Shown here piece by piece: positions 44,208 to 50,501 of a stretch of 50,501 nucleotides of DNA. Position 1 is the first letter of the stretch. Every line of letters starts with the position of its first letter. The stretch is taken from IMG/VR virus record IMGVR_UViG_3300045988_110337. One strand, 5' to 3'. The stretch comes from a virus. Both the position numbers and the translations under genes were made by a program. The notes below the pieces were generated by a model. It saw nothing but the letters and a program-made list of their open reading frames with translations, did not search any database and was not told the origin of the DNA.

Positions 44208-44481
44208 TCTTCATCCGCTCCTTTCGGTCTTCTTCGCCCTGTTCGGTGTCTACGGGGTCGCAGTTCAGTGCTTCCAGCGTCTTGCCGAGGGAGTAGAAGA
44301 AGAAGTCTGCTGTGCAGTCGGGACAGATATACTCGACATTGTCTCCGTCGTATGTGATGAGGACGGGCTTTCCGATGTGGTCTGATGTGATATCGCCGTG
44401 ACAGCGGGTGCATATGTGGTGATTTTCGGCGATTGCCTTATCAACGTATGTCCACTCGCTGAATTTGTAGGGGCTGCTCAT
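44188..44481 (-). CDS. Small zinc-ribbon-like protein
   Basis: CTRCH...CPDC. Confidence 0.4.
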   Translation of the reverse strand: MSSPYKFSEWTYVDKAIAENHHICTRCHGDITSDHIGKPVLITYDGDNVEYICPDCTADFFFYSLGKTLEALNCDPVDTEQGEEDRKERMKNAEIPL

Positions 44482-44660
44482 TTGATGTCCTCTTTCTTTT
44501 CGTCAGCCTTGTTGTCTTTGTGGTACTTTTTCTTAGCCGCAGCATATCCCTGCACATACGCGAGGAGAAGCGCGCGCCCTTCCTTGTCGGTTTCGAGACA
44601 AGCTGTTTCAATATTTTCGAGAATAGAATTGTCGAATTCTTTCAGCTGTTCTTTTTTCAT
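44478..44660 (-). CDS. First early gene (60 aa; Cro-position protein)
   Basis: ATG 44660 after GGAGGTG. Confidence 0.45.
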   Translation of the reverse strand: MKKEQLKEFDNSILENIETACLETDKEGRALLLAYVQGYAAAKKKYHKDNKADEKKEDIK

Positions 44661-44708
44661 ATTATCACCTCCATGTGTTGTACACTCATTAATTTGTGGT
44701 ACATACAC

Positions 44709-44737
44709 ATTATATCACCGCGTGTTGTGTTTGTCAA
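44709..44737 (-). promoter_or_regulatory. Early leftward consensus promoter TTGACA-17-TATAAT
   Basis: Minus strand TTGACA (44737-44732), TATAAT (44714-44709). Confidence 0.7.
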
Positions 44738-44775
44738 CACTATTTAAATAAAAAAATAAAAAAATTTTGCTCATT

Positions 44776-44790
44776 TGTGTTGACAACACA
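44776..44790. promoter_or_regulatory. 15-bp palindromic operator TGTGTTGACAACACA overlapping the -35 of the repressor promoter
   Basis: Read directly; related half-sites GTGTTG 44722-44727 and CAACAC 44735-44740. Confidence 0.55.
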
Positions 44791-44808
44791 TTAAATAAAG
44801 AGTATAAT
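44780..44808 (+). promoter_or_regulatory. Rightward consensus promoter TTGACA-17-TATAAT for the repressor gene
   Basis: TTGACA 44780-44785; TATAAT 44803-44808. Confidence 0.7.
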
Positions 44809-44830
44809 ATTACACGAAGGAGGTGATGAT

Positions 44831-45217
44831 ATGATAGCTGAGAATATAAGAACTTTGAGAAAAGAACTCGGCTTATCACAAACGGAATTCGCCAAAAGAA
44901 TTTACGTCTCGCGCGATGTCATAAGCAATATCGAGTTGAAAAGAGTTGAACCAACTGAGCTAATAGTAAATGTCATATGCGTTGAATTCGGCGTAAATGA
45001 ATCTTGGCTGAAAACTGGCGAAGGCAATATGTTCCAATTGAAAGTCGCTGAAGACAAGATATTTGATGCATTCGGCAAACTGGCTCATGAAGCGGATTCT
45101 TCGTTTGTTAAACAGTTTGTGGCGGCACTTGCAGAACTTACGCCTGAAGAGTGGAAGACAATAGAAAACTTTGCTTGGAAAGTAGTCGAACGTCAGAAAG
45201 AAGCAGACGATAAGTAA
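44831..45217 (+). CDS. XRE/CI-type repressor
   Basis: IRTLRKELGLSQTEFAKRIYVSRDVISNIELKRVEP HTH; divergent from the early operon. Confidence 0.8.
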   Translation: MIAENIRTLRKELGLSQTEFAKRIYVSRDVISNIELKRVEPTELIVNVICVEFGVNESWLKTGEGNMFQLKVAEDKIFDAFGKLAHEADSSFVKQFVAALAELTPEEWKTIENFAWKVVERQKEADDK

Positions 45218-45229
45218 AGCAAATAAAAA

Positions 45230-45256
45230 AAGAGCAGGGAAGTGATTCCTTGCTCT
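45230..45256. terminator. Bidirectional terminator; the 27-nt sequence is identical to 31721-31747
   Basis: AAGAGCAGGGAAGTGATTCCTTGCTCT flanked by A7 and T4. Confidence 0.75.
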
Positions 45257-45273
45257 TTTGAGTTGATTTGATT

Positions 45274-45504
45274 TTACTTTAATCCTTCGAGTTCTTTGAT
45301 TCTTTCGTCAATTTCGTCTAACGCTTGTCTGATACTCTCGTTATTCTTGTTGATTTCTTTGGTCTTTTCGGAAATTTCGTGGTTGCGTTTGCCTAATTCG
45401 GTTTGCTCGTATTCCCTATCCCATTTCGCCCTGAGCCAAAACGTACACGCGCCCATGAGAACCATTACAAGCAGAAACGCGAGGAAAATTTTCAGTGCTT
45501 TCAT
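45274..45504 (-). CDS. Small membrane-anchored or lipoprotein-like coiled-coil protein
   Basis: MKALKIFLAFLLVMVLMGAC...; AAAGGAG RBS. Confidence 0.55.
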   Translation of the reverse strand: MKALKIFLAFLLVMVLMGACTFWLRAKWDREYEQTELGKRNHEISEKTKEINKNNESIRQALDEIDERIKELEGLK

Positions 45505-45625
45505 ATTGATGCTCCTTTCGGTTTTGAAAAAATGATACCACAAGTTGTACAAAAATGCAATAAAACATTGACAAGTTGTCAAAAATATAATAAAATAGTG
45601 AAAAAGAGAAGGGAAGAATAACAAA

Positions 45626-46273
45626 ATGGATGATGGAGATAGAGCACGGAAGTACAGGCGAAAACTCAAAAGGGAAAGAACGCTTTGGACAATAGCGATT
45701 ATACTGCCGATTCTTACTATAGCTTTTGTTTTCTATGCTTCTGTGCGGTCTGACGCTAAAGTGAAAGAATTCAGGGAACGACAGGAAGCCGAAAGCATAG
45801 AACAAGCTCGGCTGGAAGCTGAAAAGGCGGCTGAGACAAGCGAAGAAACCTCGCGCACTGTGACTATAAGAAAGCAAGTCCCCGCCGAAACCAAAAAGGT
45901 TGTTGAGATACCCGAAGGAACTGTACTTTACGATGGCGATTACGCTAAAATCACATATCAGGGAACGGTTCTCGATAAAGAATGGTTTCCTAATGTCGGA
46001 AGCATGAGAGTAACTATCGAAAACAAATGTGATAAGGAAATTGATGTATCTTTCGGCGAGGTGGCTATAAATGGCGAAAGTTACTCTGTCGTATCTCTCG
46101 GAGGTTCATGCGCGGCGAACGCGAAGAAAACGGTGAATTACCGCTCATTCGGAGAGCCGGAAATTCCTTATTACGTGGTGGTTAAAACCTTATCGACAAC
46201 AATTACGATTATGGATAGCGACTACAATTTCCCTGTATCTAATTATCAGGTTAATATAACTGCGGAAGATTGA
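45626..46273 (+). CDS. Single-pass membrane protein in the lysogeny module (exclusion candidate)
   Basis: TM LWTIAIILPILTIAFVFY followed by a beta-rich ectodomain. Confidence 0.55.
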   Translation: MDDGDRARKYRRKLKRERTLWTIAIILPILTIAFVFYASVRSDAKVKEFRERQEAESIEQARLEAEKAAETSEETSRTVTIRKQVPAETKKVVEIPEGTVLYDGDYAKITYQGTVLDKEWFPNVGSMRVTIENKCDKEIDVSFGEVAINGESYSVVSLGGSCAANAKKTVNYRSFGEPEIPYYVVVKTLSTTITIMDSDYNFPVSNYQVNITAED

Positions 46274-46281
46274 CAGCGAAT

Positions 46282-46311
46282 AAAAAAAGAGCCTTTCGGC
46301 TCTCTTTTTTT
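46282..46311. terminator. Bidirectional terminator
   Basis: A7-GAGCC-TTTC-GGCTC-TC-T7. Confidence 0.7.
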
Positions 46312-46315
46312 GGCT

Positions 46316-46939
46316 TTATTTGATTTCTTCCCAGGTGAATCTGCCTTTACGGGTTTTGCCGCCTGTATGGTTAATGCAATGTGAAAGTGCTCCGCTGTTA
46401 ATGCGGAAAAAATCAGCAGCCTCTCTAACCGAGCGGAAAACTCTACCACTCTCAACATGGCGAACCGCCTTGCGTTGATTCCCGTAATCCTTGGGCACGT
46501 ATCCGTTGACCAATGCGTCTTTGATGCGTTTTTCTGCGTAAGAAAATCCTTTTGTCTCAGCCCAAACCTTGATTGAACCGCGTGGAATGCCCGACAACTC
46601 TGCCCATGAAGAGCACGAAAGCCTTTTTCCGTCGACGGTAAAGAACAACGTCTTTCGGCGGTTATTTATGTTCGCTTGACGCGTTATCCACCGGCAATTT
46701 TCGGGGCAATAATTTCCGTCGTTGTCTACGCGGTCGAGGTCAAGACCTTGTTGATAGCCATTTGTCAACGCCCATTCGCAAAACGGCTCGAACGCTTGCC
46801 ATTCCGCGCAAACCGAGATGCCTCTTGCTCCATAATTTTTGTAAGCATGACATTTAGGGTTCTGTGTCCGCTGTTTCATGGCTTTCCATGCCCAGTAAAG
46901 AGACTTATTCCTTTGTCTTAACGTACTCATTGTTCCCAC
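46316..46939 (-). CDS. HNH homing-endonuclease-like protein
   Basis: LDLDRVDNDGNYCPENCRWITRQANINN HNH core, plus C-terminal DNA-binding-like repeats. Confidence 0.7.
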   Translation of the reverse strand: MGTMSTLRQRNKSLYWAWKAMKQRTQNPKCHAYKNYGARGISVCAEWQAFEPFCEWALTNGYQQGLDLDRVDNDGNYCPENCRWITRQANINNRRKTLFFTVDGKRLSCSSWAELSGIPRGSIKVWAETKGFSYAEKRIKDALVNGYVPKDYGNQRKAVRHVESGRVFRSVREAADFFRINSGALSHCINHTGGKTRKGRFTWEEIK

Positions 46940-47555
46940 CGATTATATTGCCGTCTGTGTCGAGTTCGTCCCACAGATGTCTTCCTTTTCCGGAATTTCT
47001 CCACTGACCGAAGCCGCTGTACTTGCCGTAATCAAGCCATTCGCGGACTGCCGGCTCGAGTTTTTCATCGAACAGCAGAATTGTGAACTCGACGGAAGAA
47101 CCGGCGGGAAGAGTTTCAGACGCGGCAAGGGCTGTTCTTTCGCCTGTTGCGCCGTTGGTTCTCAGCGGTCGTTCGCATATGCCAAGCTCGCCGTTGACTT
47201 TATACGGTGCGAAACGCGGCTCGACGAATATCAGCTTGTCAATTACCTTTTTGTAAGCCTTGATTTTGGCTGATTCTGTCGTCTTGACGCGGGAAAGTCC
47301 GCCGCAGGCATCCTTAAACGCGCCTTTGATTTGGTAATCCCAAACGCCGGGATTACCGTCCTGTTTAGGGAAGACCGTCACTCCTTTGTCTTCCTCGTTT
47401 CCGATTGCATCTATCTCGTCCTCTGTATCAAGCGAGTCCGGTGCTTTGCTTGCTATGTACTCGCTATAGATTTTCTCACTCGATGGGGACGAGCCTAACA
47501 CCTCTTCTACAAACGTCAGTCTAACTTTCATTTCTTTTGCTACAAATTCCGCCAT
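46905..47555 (-). CDS. Hypothetical 216-aa protein with a RAMP-like glycine-rich loop
   Basis: C-terminal GFGQWRNSGKG fits GhGxxxxxGhG. Also KVRLTFVEEVLGS and YQIKGAFKDACG. Confidence 0.55.
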   Translation of the reverse strand: MAEFVAKEMKVRLTFVEEVLGSSPSSEKIYSEYIASKAPDSLDTEDEIDAIGNEEDKGVTVFPKQDGNPGVWDYQIKGAFKDACGGLSRVKTTESAKIKAYKKVIDKLIFVEPRFAPYKVNGELGICERPLRTNGATGERTALAASETLPAGSSVEFTILLFDEKLEPAVREWLDYGKYSGFGQWRNSGKGRHLWDELDTDGNIIGGNNEYVKTKE

Positions 47556-47599
47556 TTTTTTATTCCTTTCCTTTCTTTTCCTTTACGCCGCATGTCCTT

Positions 47600-48010
47600 C
47601 TTTGTGACGCAATGCATTGCATTTCCTTTTCGTTTCTGGTCCGGACCAAGCTTCTCTACTCCGTGCCTTTGCTTCTCTCGTCCTTTCCAACTGTGCTATG
47701 CATATCCTTTGCTTTTCCATCTATTGGTTGCAGTGCCTTTGCATTTCTGGTCCACGCTAAACTTTTCGCGACGGTTCATTACTGACCCAATCTGTGCCAA
47801 TCCGTCGCTGTGCGAAGCGTTGCTGCTCCTCTCCACTCCACGCCGTTTCTTTGCCAGCATATCTGTGCCTTTGCTTATCGTTGCATTTCTCCGCATACCA
47901 ACTGTGCCATTCCGTTGCTGCGCGTCGTGATGCAAAGCCCCTCTTTTCCGCGCGAATCCGTTTCTGTGCCGGACAAATCAATGCCCAACTATGCCGAGCC
48001 GTTGCATCAA
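47600..48010. repeat. Degenerate repeat array B, sharing CATTCCGTTGC with array A
   Basis: CATTCCGTTGC 47908-47918; CCGTTTC 47843 and 47958; GTGCCTTTGC three times; TTTCTGGTCC twice; CCAACTGTGC twice. Confidence 0.7.
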
Positions 48011-48014
48011 TTTT

Positions 48015-48374
48015 TTAGTTTTCCTCCATCACCTCCTTAATTTTCGCCGACACAACATCCGCCGCCAGCAGTTCAAGGACGTAGGACGGCGGCGTTCGCT
48101 CGCCCACATCCCAATGTTCGACGGTTCTTCTCGGGATGCGATACTCGCGGACAAATGATTCCTGCGTTAATCCGCTGATGGCGCGGAGCTTTTTAAAATT
48201 AAAATCGTGCGCCAGCTCCCAGATGATGGTTAGGATTTTGATGGGCGCGTCTCCGCTTCCGTCGGCGGGATAGCATTCCTCCGGCAGGCTGCCGCCTACC
48301 TCGGCGATGTACTGCTCCAATGATGAGCAGTCCTCCGCGTCGATTCTCAAGCGGTGAAAAACCGATAACAGCAT
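48015..48374 (-). CDS. Protein with a C-terminal XRE-type HTH
   Basis: FKKLRAISGLTQESFVREYRIPRRTVEHWDVGERTPPSYV. Confidence 0.6.
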   Translation of the reverse strand: MLLSVFHRLRIDAEDCSSLEQYIAEVGGSLPEECYPADGSGDAPIKILTIIWELAHDFNFKKLRAISGLTQESFVREYRIPRRTVEHWDVGERTPPSYVLELLAADVVSAKIKEVMEEN

Positions 48375-48376
48375 GA

Positions 48377-49273
48377 TTATACCTCCTGATGATACATAAT
48401 ATTTTTAACAACCTCGTCGATTGTGACGTAACGCGGGTCGTCGACGGGGTTGGAGTAGACATCGTCATCTTCGCGATAAAAGAGGGCAAACGTAGCGGGG
48501 GAACACGTCGGCAGCTGCGCCAACCTGCGGAGGGTGGGAATATCGCTCTCCAAAAAGTTGTCGGCGTAGGCTTTAACCGCGAGGGAGTGGAGCTGACGCG
48601 AGATTTTGAGCGTCAGTTTGGAGAGTGTCTCGCGGTGCTGACCGTTGAGGACTTCCGTCCATGACAGAATAGAATCTGCTTGGTCACGTTCCTCACTTGC
48701 ACTGTGTTCTTCGCGGGAGTAATATTCGTCCTGCTCGGCGTAGAGATTGTCGAGCATTTTGATGACGTTCGCGACTTCGCCGCCCGCGAGTTCGGAAAGC
48801 GGGGAGGAAGACACGGAGTTAATAAGAACTTCCGCTTCTTCGGCTCTCGATGTGTCGCGGACGAACAGAAATGTGCCTGCTATGTCGTCGAGAAAACCGA
48901 AGTCGGCTATGCCTGCCTTGATGTAGTCGGAGAAAATGATATCTCCGATGGGACGGACAGTAGCGAGGTCGAGCTTGTCCCCGCCATCGAAAATGACGGT
49001 AGCGAGGTCAAACGCGTTGTCCGAACCCCATCTGTCGGGACAGGTGCGGGAGCTGTCTCTCCACTCGCGGTCGAGGAAGAAATGCGCGTCTTCTTCCCTC
49101 CACAGGCAGCAGTACGAAGTGTCGCCTATGCGGATTTCCTCGACATAGGCGGATGCGCGGTCGCTCTCGGTTTCCCCCAGAGAACGGAAGAACGCGGTGC
49201 AGTGGGCGAAAAATGAGTTTGCTCCGTTGACGGGGACGAAACGGTGGGAAGATGATGATGCGTATTTATACAT
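48377..49273 (-). CDS. Hypothetical 298-aa protein
   Basis: Long ORF with AAAGGAG RBS, 2 nt from the downstream HTH gene. Confidence 0.6.
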   Translation of the reverse strand: MYKYASSSSHRFVPVNGANSFFAHCTAFFRSLGETESDRASAYVEEIRIGDTSYCCLWREEDAHFFLDREWRDSSRTCPDRWGSDNAFDLATVIFDGGDKLDLATVRPIGDIIFSDYIKAGIADFGFLDDIAGTFLFVRDTSRAEEAEVLINSVSSSPLSELAGGEVANVIKMLDNLYAEQDEYYSREEHSASEERDQADSILSWTEVLNGQHRETLSKLTLKISRQLHSLAVKAYADNFLESDIPTLRRLAQLPTCSPATFALFYREDDDVYSNPVDDPRYVTIDEVVKNIMYHQEV

Positions 49274-49310
49274 GATTGTACTCCTTTATTTTCCTTATTT
49301 TTGATACCTC

Positions 49311-49324
49311 CCTCCGAAGAGGGA
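49311..49324 (-). other. Intercistronic hairpin with UUCG tetraloop
   Basis: Minus strand CCCTC-TTCG-GAGGG. Confidence 0.6.
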
Positions 49325-49369
49325 ACGCACCGAGCCTGAATCCTATTTAGAGCCGCTCGGTCGGCTTGA

Positions 49370-50293
49370 TTAAAGGACCGCCCCCTCTGGGAAACAGTCG
49401 CACTTTGCCAGCTTTTCGATGAGCTCTACTTGTGTCATGTGGTAGCCGGGTTCGGCGAGTCTCTTAATCGTGTGAGCGTAGCTGTGCTCATCGTCGTAGT
49501 AGTCGTTTTTCTCGTCGTCGTCATATTTCTCGTGATATTCGCCGATGATGTCTAGTGCGTACTCCTTGTATACGTAGCACTTTTGTGCGAAAATGTCGTC
49601 GATGAGGCGGAGAAAACCGTATCTTTTAATAGCTTCCTCGGCGGTGATTCGCTTGCCCTGGTCGATGATGACCTCCTTGGCGAGCTCGGCGAAGGAGTAG
49701 GAGAAGCTGAGTTCAACCGCACTGCTGTGCTTGGTTTCGAGGAGCTCTCGGAGTTCGATTGCCCCCTCCGTGTCCTCGTCGGCTACCTTGAGAAGATTTC
49801 CGTCGTCGATGACGTAAGAATAAAGGAGGTTTTCGGCGGGCTGCGTGTTGAGAATGATGTGGAGTTCGGGAGATGACTCAAAAGCTATCTCGTAGCCGTC
49901 GACACCTCCGTCAGTCGGGAGGTCGTCGGGGCGGCGTGAGCGGCGAGAATGGGAATCTTCCCATTTGTCGATTCTCTCGGCTATGAAGCGAGCATCTTCT
50001 ACTGCTTCGGCGAATCCGTAGTAAACTTTGGTGTCGCCGTCGTAGGGGTAGTCTTCGTGGAGGAGAGCGATTCTCACCGCCCAGCTTTTGGGTTCTTCCG
50101 GCTCGTCGTCGGGCTGGTAGCTGTCGGCTACCCAGTCGAGGTCTTCGTATGAGTATTCCTCGCCGTCGATGATGTAGGTCTGGTCTTCGGTGGCTTCCGC
50201 TCCTGCCCACTCGATAGCTTCGTCGAGGGTGAGGTTTTCTCCGCCGAGAACTGAATAGAGGGTTTTTCCTGTGTTTTTGTCGATAAGCTTCAT
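49370..50293 (-). CDS. Highly acidic 307-aa protein (DNA-mimic / anti-restriction candidate)
   Basis: 15 of the first 60 residues are D/E against 3 K/R (hand count). Acidic runs such as DDEPEEP and EKYDDDEKNDYYDDE. Driven by a consensus promoter. Confidence 0.6.
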   Translation of the reverse strand: MKLIDKNTGKTLYSVLGGENLTLDEAIEWAGAEATEDQTYIIDGEEYSYEDLDWVADSYQPDDEPEEPKSWAVRIALLHEDYPYDGDTKVYYGFAEAVEDARFIAERIDKWEDSHSRRSRRPDDLPTDGGVDGYEIAFESSPELHIILNTQPAENLLYSYVIDDGNLLKVADEDTEGAIELRELLETKHSSAVELSFSYSFAELAKEVIIDQGKRITAEEAIKRYGFLRLIDDIFAQKCYVYKEYALDIIGEYHEKYDDDEKNDYYDDEHSYAHTIKRLAEPGYHMTQVELIEKLAKCDCFPEGAVL

Positions 50294-50321
50294 GATTTTT
50301 CTCCTTTTGTTTCGTTCTTTC

Positions 50322-50373
50322 TTTTGTTTACGCTTATATTATACCACCCATTGGCGCATTTGTCAATAGGTTT
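50322..50373. repeat. 52-bp promoter cassette, copy B (identical to 880-931)
   Basis: Same 52-mer. Confidence 0.9.
50338..50366 (-). promoter_or_regulatory. Consensus promoter TTGACA-17-TGgTATAAT, leftward
   Basis: Minus strand TTGACA (50366-50361), TATAAT (50343-50338). Confidence 0.7.
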
Positions 50374-50402
50374 TGATAAATTTCTTTTGATTTTCTCAAT
50401 TT

Positions 50403-50501
50403 ATTTTTTTGTACCTATAGACAAAACTGCAACAAATGCGGATTTTTTGGGCATTCCATGTTTTCTCGCCGACTGCATACGAGTGCCGCTCGTATGGCAA
50501 A
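50403..50501. repeat. Terminal direct repeat copy 2 (identical to 1-99)
   Basis: Same 99 bases as window start. Confidence 0.9.

Noticed and set aside
47537-47981. Track ORFs on both strands inside repeat array B; also the possibility of stop-codon recoding
   Set aside because: The products are repeat-derived low-complexity strings with no RBS. The rest of the genome is densely and sensibly coded with the standard code, so there is no sign of recoding.
1-50501. Integrase, excisionase, att site or transposase
   Set aside because: No ORF shows tyrosine- or serine-recombinase or DDE features. The MerR/excisionase-type HTH at 30093-30710 is coupled to rep and has no partner integrase.

Overview
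The window is one complete circular temperate siphovirus-type phage genome of about 50.4 kb. Bases 1-99 repeat exactly at 50403-50501, which I read as a contig overlap. Expression signals look Firmicutes-like: GGAGG ribosome-binding sites and many perfect TTGACA-17-TATAAT promoters.

Layout:
- **Late operon (+ strand, 2.8-25.5 kb):** RHH regulator, terS, a degenerate RNase HI homolog, terL, portal, Mu-F/gp7-like head protein, scaffold, decoration protein, lambda-E-like capsid, connectors, major tail, G/GT chaperones, tape measure, tail tip and fibres, M23 endolysin, two holins.
- **Post-lysis cargo (25.5-28.6 kb):** a cassette of odd low-complexity proteins.
- **Plasmid-type replicon (28.8-30.1 kb):** AT-rich region, five 22-bp iterons and a Rep_3 initiator. 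I found no integrase, so this is probably a phage-plasmid.
- **Putative ncRNA (30.8-31.2 kb):** about 390 nt with no ORF.
- **Early operon (- strand, 31.7-44.7 kb):** SSB, RusA, C5-MTase-like protein, dUTPase, G39P-like loader, replisome organizer with an internal iteron array, RecT.
- **Switch (44.7-45.2 kb):** CI/XRE repressor with divergent promoters.
- **Leftward accessory arm (46.3-50.4 kb, wrapping to 1-2.6 kb).**

The accessory arm holds the most interesting signal: a single type I-E-like CRISPR repeat (467-494, minus strand) inside an 11-bp clamp. It lies between a small ORF driven by a consensus promoter and a double-HTH gene, which resembles an acr / RNA-anti-CRISPR / aca locus. Other items worth a second look:
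- two related degenerate repeat arrays (38.7 and 47.7 kb);
- a protein with a RAMP-like glycine-rich loop;
- a very acidic 307-aa protein;
- a 42-nt all-purine leader on the late operon.

All homology calls come from manual reading and recalled family signatures. Nothing was searched or computed.
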